DNA of 64,000 nucleotides, from positions 4,030,001 to 4,094,000 of the forward strand of contig OZ024766.1 of NCBI GenBank assembly GCA_964016885.1, read 5' to 3'. The first letter of the stretch is position 1. Every line of letters begins with the position of its first letter. Below, piece by piece: positions 44,960-59,557 of the stretch. The position numbers and the translations under genes were made by a program. The notes beneath the pieces were generated by a model. It saw nothing but the letters and a program-made list of their open reading frames with translations, was not told where the DNA came from and searched no databases. The DNA is from Eledone cirrhosa. Taxonomy: Eukaryota.

Positions 44960-46980
44960 ACCTTTTGTTACCATATTTTTAATGAAAGACACTGTCCCCT
45001 ATTGTTTAACCCTTTCATTACCATATTTCTAATGAAAGACACTGTCCCCTATGGTTTAACCCTTCCATTACCATATTTCTAATGAAAGACACTGTCCCCC
45101 TATGGTTTAACCCTTCCATTACCATATTTCTAATGAAAGACACTGTCCCCCTATGGTTTAACCCTTCCATTACCATATTTCTAATGAAAGACACTGTCCC
45201 CTATGGTGTAACCCCTTCTATTACCATATTTCTAATGAAAGACATTGTCCCTCTATGGTTTAACCCTTCCATTACCATATTTCTAATGAAAGACACTGTC
45301 CCCTATGGTTTAACCCTTCCATTACCATATTTCTAATGAAAGACACTGTCCCCCTATGGTTTAACCCTTCCATTACCATATTTCTAATGAAAGACACTGT
45401 CCCCTATGGTGTAACCCCTTCTATTACCATATTTCTAATGAAAGACATTGTCCCCCTATGGTTTAACCCTTCCATTACCATATCTCTAATGAAAGACACT
45501 GTCCCCTATGATGTAACCCCTTCCATTACCATATTTCTAATGAAAGACACTGTCCCCTATGGTTTAACCCTTCCATTACCATATTTCTAATGAAAGACAC
45601 TGTCCCCCTATGGTTTAACCCTTCCATTACCATATTTCTAATGAAAGACACTGTCCCCCTATGGTTTAACCCTTCCATTACCATATTTCTAATGAAAGAC
45701 ACTGTCCCCCTATGGTTTAACCCTTCCATTACCATATTTCTAATGAAAGACACTGTCCCCTATGGTTTAACCCTTCCATTACCATATTTCTAATGAAAGA
45801 CACTGTCCCCCTATGGTTTAACCCTTCCATTACCATATTTCTAATGAAAGACACTGTCCCCCTATGGTTTAACCCTTCCATTACCATATTTCTAATGAAA
45901 GACACTGTCCCCCTATGGTTTAACCCTTCCATTACCATATTTCTAATGAAAGACACTGTCCCCTATGGTTTAACCCTTCCATTACCATATCTCTAATGAA
46001 AGACACTGTCCCCTATGGTTTAACCTTTCCATTACCATATTTCTAATGAAAGACACTGTCCCCCTATGGTTTAACCCTTCCATTACCATATTTCTAATGA
46101 AAGACACTGTCCCCCTATGGTTTAACCCTTTCATTACCATATTTCTAATGAAAGACACTGTCCCCCTATGGTTTAACCCTTCCATTACCATATTTCTAAT
46201 GAAAGACACTGTCCCCTATGGTTTAACCCTTCCATTACCATATTTCTAATGAAAGACACTGTCCTCCTATGGTTTAACCCTTCCATTACCATATTTCTAA
46301 TGAAAGACATTGTCCCCTATGGTTTAACCCTTCCATTACTATATTTCTAATGAAAGACATTGTCCCCTATGGTTTAACCCTTCCATTACCATATTTCTAA
46401 TGAAAGACATTGTCCCCTATGGTTTAACCCTTCCATTACTATATTTCTAATGAAAGACATTGTCCCCTATGGTTTAACCCTTCCATTACCATATTTCTAA
46501 TGAAAGACACTGTCCTCCTATGGTTTAACCCTTCCATTACCATATTTCTAATGAAAGACATTGTCCCCTATGGTTTAACCCTTCCATTACTATATTTCTA
46601 ATGAAAGACATTGTCCCCTATGGTTTAACCCTTCTATTACCATATTTCTAATGAAAGACATTGTCCCCTATGGTTTAACCCTTCCATTACTATATTTCTA
46701 ATGAAAGACATTGTCCCCTATGGTTTAACCCTTCCATTACCATATTTCTAATGAAAGACACTGTCCCCTATGGTTTAACCCTTCCATTACCATATTTCTA
46801 ATGAAAGACACTGTCCTCCTATGGTTTAACCCTTCCATTACCATATTTCTAATGAAAGACATTGTCCCCTATGGTTTAACCCTTCCATTACTATATTTCT
46901 AATGAAAGACATTGTCCCCTATGGTTTAACCCTTCTATTACCATATTTCTAATAAAAGACACTGTCCCCTATGGTTTAAA
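44960..46980. repeat. 50/51-bp tandem repeat, about 40 copies (left end of a TTAA-ended MITE)
   Basis: ttaacccttccattaccatatttctaatgaaagacactgtcccctatggt. Confidence 0.96.
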
Positions 46981-47205
46981 ATAAATTTCAATAAATATCA
47001 AACATTTGAAAGTATTTAGTAATACAGTTGTCCCCCCCCCCCCCCCGGGGTTCCTAGACTACCCACGAAGAGTGAAAAACCTCAAATATTGGATGTGGTC
47101 CATAAAAATGCCTATTAACGTCAAAATTTAACCTAAAATATAATTCAAAATGTGGGAGCATCTTATGTGAAGGGACGTCCAATAGGCCAGTAAATATGGT
47201 ATATT

Positions 47206-47755
47206 CATCATCATCATCATCATCATCATCATTTTACGTCCGCTTTTCCCTGCTTGCAAGGGTACGATGGGTCCTATACAGCACAGCATCTCTCTCCCCT
47301 TGTCACGGTCCTTCGTCATCTCCTCTGTGAGCTTCAGTGATCTGAGCTCTGCTCTCACCACCTCCGCCCATGTTTTTCATGGTCTTCCTCTACTGCGTCT
47401 TCCTTCTACTGGGATTTCTTGGCACTTCTTTACCCAGCGGTCATCCTCCATGCACATCACATGTCCATACCAATGCAGTCTTCTCTCCCGCACACTAGAG
47501 TTTAATCCTTTTATACACAGCTTAATTCTCACCACCTCCACCCATGTTTTTCGTGCTCTTCCTCTACAGCGTCTTCCTTCTACGGGGATTTCTTGGCACT
47601 TCTTTACCCAGCGGTCATCCTCCATGCGCATCACATGTCCATACCATCTCAGTCTTCTCTCTCGTACACTACAACTTATCCCTCTTAAACACAGCTTCTC
47701 TCTCAACACACCGATGCTCGGTCGCTCACGCACATTGACATTGCACATCCAATTT
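47206..47755 (-). mobile_element. RTE LINE 3' end with internal 174-bp duplication and (GAT)n tail
   Basis: VRERRLRWYGHVMRMEDDRWVKKCQEIPVEGRRCRGRARKTW occurs twice, then LRSLKLTEEMTKDR. Confidence 0.9.
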
Positions 47756-47792
47756 AGTGTTAAAAAATAAATAATTTTATCACGCTAAAATG

Positions 47793-48125
47793 AAGGCTGA
47801 GTGGTTAGAGCATTGACCTTGCAATCGAAAGGTTGTGAGTTCAATTCTCAGACCGGGTGATGTGTTGTTTCCTTGAGCAAGACACTTTATTTCACATTGC
47901 TCCAGTTTACTCAGCTGTAGAAATGAGCTGATAGGGACTGGGGTCCCTATCATTCCACTGCAAAGTGGTCGTGGAGGTGCCACGGCAAAAAAAGCACCCA
48001 GCACTCACCGTAAATGAGGTTGGTGTTAGGAAGGGCATCCAGCTGTAGAAATCAAGCCAGAATCAGTTTCCGTCCCACCCTTGCAAGCAGGGAAAAAGGG
48101 GACGTAATATGATGATGATGATGAT
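47793..48125 (+). mobile_element. SINE family 2
   Basis: Near-identical to 43971-44315. Confidence 0.9.
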
Positions 48126-48294
48126 AAAAGCTATAAAAAAAATTGCGGAAGATATTTACCATTCCATGAATATGCGGTGGTTTCTATGAACAATTATTAG
48201 TTAGGTTCCAAGGAAAATTCTGTGAATAACAGGGACTTTGAATGGCAGGGCGACACTTTATAACTTTCTCATTATTAATCTTGTGCATGGAAAA

Positions 48295-48952
48295 TAACTT
48301 AACAAAGGTTCTTACATGAAATTATGATGGAAGGTTTTTAGATAAATATAAACACTTTAAAATAAAGTTTTGTATCATAGAACCAGGAGTGTTTGGAACA
48401 TAACTTAACAAAGGTTCTTACATAGAATTATGATGGAAGGTTTTTAGATAAATATAAACACTTTAAAATAAAGTTTTGTATCATAGAACCAGGGGTGTTT
48501 GGAACATAACTTAACAAAGGTTCTTACATAGAATTATGATGGAAGGTTTTTAGATAAATATAAACACTTTAAAATAAAGTTTTGTATCATAGAACCAGGA
48601 GTGTTTGGAACATAACTTAACAAAGGTTCTTACATAGAATTATGATGGAAGGTTTTTAGATAAATATAAACACTTTAAAATAAAGTTTTGTATCATAGAA
48701 CCAGGGGTGTTTGGAACATAACTTAACAAAGGTTCTTACATAAAATTATGATGGAAGGTTTTTAGATAAATATAAACACTTTAAAACAGCTTTGTATCAT
48801 AGAACCAGGGGTGTTTGGAACATAACTTAACAAAGGTTCTTACATAAAATTATGATGGAAGGTTTTTAGATAAATATAAACACTTTAAAACAGCTTTGTA
48901 TCATAGAACCAGGGGTGTTTGGAACATAACTTAACAAAGGTTCTTACATAAA
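48295..48952. repeat. About 106-bp tandem repeat, about 6 copies
   Basis: taacttaacaaagg at 48295, 48401, 48507 and onward. Confidence 0.95.
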
Positions 48953-48954
48953 GA

Positions 48955-49745
48955 GCTGGTATCAAACGGGTTACATAGGAACCCTTTAAAATGGGTGGTT
49001 TTGTTTACATAACCAGGGCTAGTTTTAGGGGCTGAGCTGGTATCAAAAGGGCTAAATGGAAACCCTTTAAAATGGGTGGTTTTGTTTCATAGAAACAGGG
49101 TCTAAGCTGGTATCAAAAGGGCTAAATGGGAGTCTTTAAAATGGGTGGTTCTGTCTAATAGAACCCGGGCTAGTTTAGGGGCTGAACTGGTATCAAAAGG
49201 GTTAAATATGAACCCTTTAAAATGGGTGGTTTTGTCTAATAGAACCCGGGCTAGTTTAGGGGCTGAACTGGTATCAAAAGGGTTAAATATGAACCCTTTA
49301 AAATGGGTGGTTTTGTCTAATAGAACCCGGGCTAGTTTAGGGGCTGAACTGGTATCAAAAGGGTTAAATATGAACCCTTTAAAATGGGTGGTTTTGTCTA
49401 ATAGAACCCGGGCTTGTTTAGGGGCTGAACTGGTATTAAAAGGGTTAAATATGAACCCTTTAAAATGTGTGGTTTTGTCTAATAGAACCCGGGCTAGTTT
49501 AGGGGCTGAACTGGTATTAAAAGGGTTAAATATGAACCCTTTAAAATGGGTGGTTTTGTCTAATAGAACCCGGGCTAGTTTAGGGGCTGAACTGGTATTA
49601 AAAGGGTTAAATATGAACCCTTTAAAATGGGTGGTTTTGTCTAATAGAACCCGGGCTAGTTTAGGGGCTGAACTGGTATTAAAAGGGTTAAATATGAACC
49701 CTTTAAAATGGGTGGTTTTGTCTAATAGAACCCGGGCTTGTTTTA
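48955..49745. repeat. 81-bp tandem repeat, about 9 copies (MITE right end ggtatcaaaagggttaa)
   Basis: ctggtatcaaaagggttaa at 49187, 49268 and onward. Confidence 0.95.
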
Positions 49746-49816
49746 GGCCAGGTTTGTTTATATTTGTCTACTTTTGAACTGAGAAACAATAGAGAGAAAG
49801 AGAGAGATAGAGAGAG

Positions 49817-49848
<32 letters not shown>

Positions 49849-50011
49849 GAGGGGGGGGGAGGTCATGAAAGCAGAACTATTGTTTGAAGAACTTAAGAGG
49901 TCAGAAGTGGTCGGTGGTGAAAGGTGGAGACTAGTTCTACTGAAGTACATATGAATGTATGTACATATATGTGAGTCCATATATATATATATGTATGTGT
50001 ATATATATATA

Positions 50012-50802
50012 TCATCATCATCATCATCATCATCATCAACGTTTAACGTCCGTGTTCCATGCTTGCATGGGTTTGGACGGGGGTAGTCCCACTTGAGGCA
50101 AGAGTGATTGTCTTGCTTGCATAGGACTGTCTGGCGGGTTTTCTACAGTTGGATGCCCTTCCTAACACCAACCACATTTACAGTGTGGGGCTGGGAGGTT
50201 TTTACCGTGTTGCCTACACGGCCACATTACAGCGTGGACTGTCTGGCAGGTTTTCTACAGCTGGATGCCCTTCCTAACACCAACCACATTTACAGTGTGG
50301 GGCTGGGAGGTTTTTACCGTGTTGCCTACACGGCCACATTACAGCGTGGACTGTCTGGCGGGTTTTCTACAGCTGGATGCCCTTCCTAACACCAACCACA
50401 TTTACAGTGTGGGGCTGGGAGGTTTTTACCGTGTTGCCTACACGGCCACATTACAGCGTGGACTGTCTGGCAGGTTTTCTACAGCTGGATGCCCTTCCTA
50501 ACACCAACCACATTTACAGTGTGGGTTTGGGAGGTTTTTACCGTGTTGCCTACACGACCACATTACAGCGTGGACTGTCTGGCGGGTTTTCTACAGCTGG
50601 ATGCCCTTCCTAACACCAACCACATTTACAGTGTGGGTTTGGGAGGTTTTTACCGTGTTGCCTACACGGCCACATTACAGCGTGGACTGTCTGGCGGGTT
50701 TTCTACAGCTGGATGCCCTTCCTAACACCAACCACATTTACAGTGTGGGGCTGGGAGGTTTTTACCGTGTTGCCTACACGGCCACATTACAGCGTGGACT
50801 GT
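50012..50802 (-). repeat. RTE-type tail plus 112-bp tandem repeat (6 copies) from a SINE middle region
   Basis: (CAT)n gtttaacgtccgtgttccatgcttgc then units with ctacagctggatgcccttcctaacaccaacc at period 112. Confidence 0.9.
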
Positions 50803-51082
50803 GTGTTTTTTTGTCGTGACACCTACACGATCTCATTTGTTTCGGCCTGGATGTTGTGGGACCAACATAACTTTACATTGAAAGGGGCGGTGTGGGTGGG
50901 GTGGAGGTGGTGGGACGGGGGTGTATTTTGTTAGAGATGCCTACTGGCTGGAGTAGGTTTTACTATATATTTAGGTAAGGCGGGTCTTCTCTGTTACTGA
51001 GTACCGCCAAAGGTCTCGGTCCAGTGACATTGTCTTGGAGAGGTGTAAGTGTGTGATGTCGGAGTTTATCAGCTCGATATAA

Positions 51083-51146
<64 letters not shown>

Positions 51147-51165
51147 TTATATATATATATACATA

Positions 51166-51828
<663 letters not shown>

Positions 51829-51845
51829 ATATATATATATATATA

Positions 51846-51890
<45 letters not shown>

Positions 51891-51923
51891 TTATATATAT
51901 ATATACATACATATATATATGTG

Positions 51924-51983
<60 letters not shown>

Positions 51984-52021
51984 TATATGTATGTATATAT
52001 ATATATATATAAATACATATA

Positions 52022-52064
<43 letters not shown>

Positions 52065-52123
52065 ATATATATATATATATATGTATGTATTTATATATAT
52101 ATATACATACATATATATATGTT

Positions 52124-52171
<48 letters not shown>

Positions 52172-52209
52172 AATACATATATATTTATATATTTATATAT
52201 ATATATATA

Positions 52210-52537
52210 TCATCATCATCATTTCATTTTACGTCCGCTTTTTCCCTGCTTGCAAGGGTGGGACGGGAACTGATTCTGGCTTTATTTCTACAGCTGGATG
52301 CCCTTCCTAACACCAACCTCATTTACAGCGAGTGCTGGGTGCTTTTTTGCCGTGGCACCTCCACGACCACTTTGCAGTGGAATGATAGGGACCCCAGTCC
52401 CTATCATCTCATTTCTACAGCTGAGTAAACTGGAGCAATGTGAAATAAAGTGTCTTGCTCAAGGAAACAACACATCACCCGGTCTGAGAATTGAACTCAC
52501 AACCCTTCGATTGCAAGCCCAATGCTCTAACCACTAA

Positions 52538-52542
<5 letters not shown>
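52210..52542 (-). mobile_element. SINE family 2
   Basis: Reverse complement of the 47793-48125 type. Confidence 0.9.
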
Positions 52543-52630
<88 letters not shown>

Positions 52631-52750
52631 ATGTATGTATGTATATATATATATATATAAATACACATATATATATATATATTAACACATGGCTGTTGTT
52701 TTCGTTCAAAAAAACACTTGAGAGAGTCAAGTGTTGTGACATATATATAT

Positions 52751-52843
<93 letters not shown>

Positions 52844-52993
52844 TGTGTGTGTGTGTATAATACACACAAACACAAAACACAATTGTTGTTTTCGTTCAAA
52901 AAACCACTTTATAGAGTGAAGTGTTGTGAGATATTTGTTTGTGTTGTTTGAAGTAATTGAGATGGGATTTGATAAGACAAGACTTCAGCCTGG

Positions 52994-53798
52994 GTGTATA
53001 TAGTGGTGTATATAGTGGTATATATAGTGGTGTATATAGTGTGGTGTATATAGTGTGGTGTATATAGTGGTGTATATAGTGGTATATATAGTGGTGTATA
53101 TAGTGTGGTGTATATAGTGTGTTGTATATAGTGGTGTATATAGTGGTGTATATAGTGTGGTGTATATAGTGTGGTGTATATAGTGTGGTGTATATAGTGT
53201 GGTGTATATAATGGTGTATATAGTGGTGTATATAGTGGTGTATATAGTGTGGTGTATATAGTGGTGTATATAGTGGTATATATAGTGGTGTATATAGTGT
53301 GGTGTATATAGTGTGGTGTATATAATGGTGTATATAGTGGTATATATAGTGGTGTATATAGTGGTGTATATAGTGTGGTGTATATAGTGTGGTGTATATA
53401 GTGGTATATATAGTGGTGTATATAGTGTGGTGTATATAGTGTGTTGTATATAGTGGTGTATATAGTGGTGTATATAGTGTGGTGTATATAGTGTGGTGTA
53501 TATAGTGTGGTGTATATAGTGGTATATATAGTGGTGTATATAGTGGTGTATATAATGGTATATATAGTGGTGTATATAGTGTGGTGTATATAGTGTGGTG
53601 TATATAGTGTGGTGTATATAGTGTGGTGTATATAGTAGTGTATATAGTGTGGTGTATATAGTAGTATATATAGTGTGGTGTATATAGTGGTGTATATAGT
53701 GTGGTGTATATAGTGGTGTATATAGTGGTGTATAGTGGTGTATATAGTGTGGTGTATATAGTGGTGTATATACATCACTATATACACCACACTATATA
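52994..53798. repeat. (gtggtgtatata)n-type minisatellite
   Basis: Direct inspection. Confidence 0.95.
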
Positions 53799-53837
53799 TT
53801 ATATAGACGTCACTGTTTTAATCCAGATAAGATATAT

Positions 53838-53874
53838 TATACTACTACTACTGCTACTACTACTACTACTACTG

Positions 53875-53926
<52 letters not shown>

Positions 53927-54590
53927 TATTACCACCACCAGTACTACTACTGCTACTACTACTACTACTATTACTACTACTACTACACCACCAACCCTTC
54001 ACCACCACCACCACCACATCACCACCGCTACACCACCACCAACAACACCAACAACACCACACCACAACCACCATCACCACCTCTACACCACCACCACCAC
54101 CACCACCACCAACAACAACAACACCACTACACCACCACCAACAGCACCAACAACACCACACCACCACCACCACCACCACCACCATCAACACCACCACTAC
54201 ACCACCACCAACAACACCACCACCAACAACACCACCACCACCACCTCTACAACAACACCACCAACAACACCACACCACCACCACCACCACCAACAACACC
54301 ACCACCAACAACACCACACCACCACCACCACCACACCACCAACACCACTACACCACCACCACCAACAACACCATCACCACCACCTTTACAACACCACACC
54401 ACCACCACCTCTACAACAACAACACCACACCACCACCACCACCAACAACACCACTACACCACCACCACCAACACCACCACCAACAACACCACCACCTTTA
54501 CAACACCACACCACCAACAACACCACACCATTAACCCCCCCCCACACCACTAGCACCCCCACCCCAGCACCCCACCACCACCACCTTTCC
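53838..54590. repeat. (CTA)n/(CAC)n low-complexity tract
   Basis: Direct inspection. Confidence 0.95.
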
Positions 54591-54925
54591 CCCCCACCAT
54601 TGTCTCTCATCTGTGCAATCCAGTGATAACAGCGACACCCAGCCAGCGCTGCACTTTTCCTTTTGTATTGTTTTACATAGTGTCACCTCTCCACCGCCAC
54701 CACCACCGCCGCAACACCACCACCGCCGCCGCCGCCACCACTACCGCCGCCAGATACCCCCCACCCACCCACCCACCCACCGACTCCTCCACCACCATAA
54801 TTAACAACAGGAATAACACCAACGCCACCACCATACACAGACGCATGCAAATGCATCCACATACACGACCAAGTATATCTACATAGAGAGGGACACAAAC
54901 ACACGTATATATATATATATATATA

Positions 54926-55093
54926 TATAGATGAGATTCTACAGGACTAGAACTGTTTCATTCATTTGAAATCATCAGGAATTCCTGATGATTTCAAATG
55001 AATGAAACAGTTCTAGTCCTGTAGAATCTCATCTATATTAAAACTGTTATACTCTGCTATGTATTGAGTACCTTACTTACTGTGGTTACCTCC
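54926..55093. mobile_element. Family A element: head-to-head hammerhead palindrome (minus 54936-54982, plus 54981-55027)
   Basis: Perfect palindrome centred on gaattc 54979-54984. Confidence 0.85.
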
Positions 55094-55141
55094 GATTCAA
55101 CCCGGAATAACGTATATATATATATATATATATATTTATAC

Positions 55142-55243
<102 letters not shown>

Positions 55244-55256
55244 ATATATCTATCTA

Positions 55257-56656
55257 TCGTACTCCTGGAGATGAGGGTTGCACATTTTTTCGGGGGTATG
55301 TGTTACCCATATGTAATGTCTCCCCCTATTGGGGAAAATCGACTAATTTTTTAAATTGCATTTGTGATAACATTTTACACGTTTTTATTGTATGTAAACT
55401 TCCCCCTTTGTATTTGTCCCCTTCTTTTGTGCCCCTGTGGCTAATAAAGAAACATATCTATCTATCTATCTATTTATCTATCTATCGTCGCGGGTGGGAC
55501 CAATCCGGTTGACCACCGAGTCCATTGTCGTGATCAAACCGCCACCCTCCTTCAAAAAACGAAGGAGAGGCGGTTTTCCTCTCTGTGTGATAGCTATGGC
55601 GAAAGAGGTTGTATGGTGGACGAGGTTGAAAGGGCTGAGGTCAGACACCTTTCTCTCCGGCGAGCAACTGATTCTTTTTTTTATCAAATACCACTTTGGA
55701 AGAAGAGTCAGGATGGAGAGAGAGGTGCTGTACCCCAGCAAGTTCTATGAAAGGTGGGTGAATGTGGCGAGAATGGCCCGAGTGAATGGGCCTTCTCTCT
55801 ATATCAGCCTGTAGGTTGAGGAAAAGGAGGAGGAGAGGAAAGGAGTACAAACTCTTCGTACTCCTGGAGATGAGGGTTGCACATTTTTTCGGGGGTATGT
55901 GTTACCCATATGTAATGTCTTCCCCTATTGGGGAAAATCGACTAATTTTTTAAATTGCATTTGTGATAACATTTTACACGTTTTTATTGTATGTAAACTT
56001 CCCCCTTTGTATTTGTCCCCTTCTTTTGTGCCCCTGTGGCTAATAAAGAAACATATCTATCTATCTATCTATTTATCTATCTATCGTCGCGGGTGGGACC
56101 AATCCGGTTGACCACCGAGTCCATTGTCGTGATCAAACCGCCACCCTCCTTCAAAAAACGAAGGAGAGGCGGTTTTCCTCTCTGTGTGATAGCTATGGCG
56201 AAAGAGGTTGTATGGTGGACAAGGTTGAAAGGGCTGAGGTCAGACACCTTTCTCTACGACCAACAACTGATTCTTTTTTTCAAATACCACTTTGGAAGAA
56301 GAGTCAGGATGGAGAGAGAGGTGCTGTACCCCAGCAAGTTTTATGAAAGGTGGGTGAAAGTGGCGAGAATGGCCCGAGTGGTTGGGCCTTCTCTCTATAT
56401 CAGCCTGTAGGTTGAGGAAAAAGAGGAAGAGAGGAAAGGGGTACAAACTCTTCGTACTCTTGGAGATGAGGGTTGCACATTTTTTCAGGGGTATGTGTTA
56501 CCCATATGTAATGTCTCCCCCTATCGGGGAAAATCGACTAATTTTTTAAATTGCATTTGTGATAACATTTTACACGTTTTTATTGTATGTAAACTTCCCC
56601 CTTTGTATTTGTCCCCTTCTTTTGTGCCCCTGTGGCTAATAAAAAAATATATCTAT
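55257..56656 (+). mobile_element. About 598-bp tandem (2.3 units) of a LINE 3' end, possibly L1/Tx1-like, in (TATC)n
   Basis: Units start at about 55257, 55856, 56452; peptide AKEVVWWTRLKG...FYERW, then 3' UTR with aataaa and (TATC)n. Confidence 0.65.
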
Positions 56657-56666
56657 CGAAGGAATT

Positions 56667-56841
56667 GTGGTAAGGAACCAGATGGACCATAACGCACCAG
56701 GGTACTCAATACTTAGGGTAGTAGAGTGGGTAATAGGAAAAATTATGACCCCGACGGCAAGAGTTCAAGCCGTTTCGATGGTTATTTCTGGACTCAAATA
56801 GAAATAGCCGTCGAAACGGCTTGAGCTCTGCCGTCGGGGAT
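56667..56841 (-). mobile_element. Family C element
   Basis: Inverted tail plus gaccccgacggc...gccgtcgggg palindrome. Confidence 0.75.
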
Positions 56842-56914
56842 CATACATTTTCCTATTATCTTTCTCTCAATATATATAATCAAAGGGATATTAAATTTGT
56901 TGGTAATTCAACAA

Positions 56915-57200
56915 TATATGTCAATATTTATAAAACAAACTTTATATTTTATCTGATGAGGGCGTACCAAAGTTTTGGTACCCTCGAAATATATATAATA
57001 GAATAAATATGGTTTTATAAATATAATTTCCATTTATTTAATATCATTGAATATATATATATATATATAATATTAAATAAATGGAAACTATATTTATAAA
57101 ACCATATTTATTTCATTATATATATTTCAGGGATATCATATTAACAATATGCTATGCCTTCCTCAGACAAAATACAATATAAACAGTTTTATAGATAAAT
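56915..57200. mobile_element. Two family B elements tail-to-tail with hammerheads (plus 56945-57005, minus 57109-57174)
   Basis: CUGAUGA GGGCGUACCAAA gu UUUGGUACCCUC GAA AUAUAUAU A; minus copy has CUGAGGA. Confidence 0.75.
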
Positions 57201-57362
57201 AGATTTGACATACCGTAACAACATCGACTTGTATTTGAAAAAGTTGAATTGGCAGTGAAAAAATTGTACACAGAGAGAAAGAAAGAGAGAAAAAAGGAAA
57301 GAAAGACAGAAAACGAAGAAAAAGAAGTAACCCTAGTTGTAACCCAACAATTTAAATATAAC

Positions 57363-57394
<32 letters not shown>

Positions 57395-57496
57395 TATGTG
57401 TGTATATATATATAATATATATATATATATAATATATATATATATATATGTATATATATGTATATATATGTATATATATATATATATATATATGTT

Positions 57497-57527
<31 letters not shown>

Positions 57528-57603
57528 GTATATTTATATATATGTATATATATATATGTATATATATATGTATATATATATACATATATATATATATTTA
57601 TAA

Positions 57604-57661
<58 letters not shown>

Positions 57662-57668
57662 ATAACAT

Positions 57669-57699
<31 letters not shown>

Positions 57700-57723
57700 A
57701 TATATATATATTTATAATAACAT

Positions 57724-57785
<62 letters not shown>

Positions 57786-57966
57786 ATAACATTCGATTCG
57801 TTTGCAATTATGCAAACAAGCCTCAATTTTATAGCCATGTCAGTAGAATGAACACTTCATTTTTGCTCTTGTGTTGGCATGTGAACAGAACTGCAGATAC
57901 TAATGTGTGTGTGTGTGTGTGTGTGTGTAGTCGTTAGTTCTTTTGGTTAATATAAGCTTCTCTCTC

Positions 57967-58000
<34 letters not shown>

Positions 58001-58047
58001 AAGAATTAAAAAGAACAGAAAGATGCAGTAAAAGATATTTATTCGGT

Positions 58048-58162
58048 TCTTACGTACGTTTCAATAGACACCTATTTGCCTAGATCTCGCTACATCTATA
58101 ATATTATATATTTAATAGAGCATTCGATATCCAATGCACAATCGATCCCATATCATCAGAGA
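58048..58162 (-). ncRNA. Hammerhead motif with long stem II, between inverted repeats 57786-57850 and about 58177-58240
   Basis: Minus strand: UCU CUGAUGA uauggg...ucuauu GAA ACGUACGU A AGA. Confidence 0.55.
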
Positions 58163-58267
58163 TTATAAATATATACATTCTACTGACATGGCTATACAAT
58201 TGAGGCTTGTTTGCATAACAGCAAACGAATCGAATGTTATTAACATTCGAAAAACTCAGATTACATT

Positions 58268-58346
<79 letters not shown>

Positions 58347-58359
58347 TATATATATATAA

Positions 58360-58796
58360 TATATAAGATCAAAATATGGTTAAAAGTGTTCCAAGTATTT
58401 TATTATGCGCATTTCAAAAATAAATATCATCATGCAATAATATTTGCGTTTTCGTCAGATAAAATAGGAAGACATGATATGAAGGTTAAAAAACACTTGT
58501 GAATAGTGCAGTTTTAAATCAACATATGTTGATCATATATGTTGATTTAAAACTGCACTATCCACAAGTGTTTTTTAACCTTCATATCATGTCTCCCTAT
58601 TTTATCTGACGAAAACGCAAATGTCATCGCATGATGATATTTGTTTTTGAAATGCGCATAATAAAATACATGGAACTCCTTTAACCATCTTTTGATCTTA
58701 TATATTATTTATACTCCAGTCCTACAAACTGTAGAGTGCTTCTTATCTGATATCTGCATTGCTTTATTGTACTACAATAAAACTCACCTCCTACAT
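58360..58796. mobile_element. Family F inverted element with paired hammerheads (minus 58396-58466, plus 58598-58668)
   Basis: UAUUUUAU CUGACGA stem II GAA AUGCGCAU A AUAAAAUA in both arms. Confidence 0.85.
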
Positions 58797-58797
58797 T

Positions 58798-58865
<68 letters not shown>

Positions 58866-58866
58866 G

Positions 58867-58957
<91 letters not shown>

Positions 58958-59172
58958 GTATGTATATATATATACATACATATATATATATATATATGTA
59001 TATGTATATATATATGTATATATATATGTATATGTATATATATATGTATATATATATGTATATGTATATATATATGTATATGTATATATGTATATGTATA
59101 TATATATGTATATATGTATATGTATATGTGTATATGTATATATGTATATGTCTGTGTACATAAATATATATA

Positions 59173-59209
<37 letters not shown>

Positions 59210-59526
59210 GTATATATTTATGTATATGTATATATGTATATGTATATATATATATATTTACGTATATGTATATGTATATATGTATATGTATATATATATA
59301 TTTACGTATATGTATATGCATATATGTATATATATATATATATATATATACGTATATGTATACATATATGTATATGTATATATATGTATACATATATGTA
59401 TATGTATATATATATATACGTATATGTATGTATATATATATATATATATATACGTATATGTATATGTATATATATATATATACGTATATGTATATATATA
59501 CGTATATGTATATATATATATATAAG

Positions 59527-59557
<31 letters not shown>

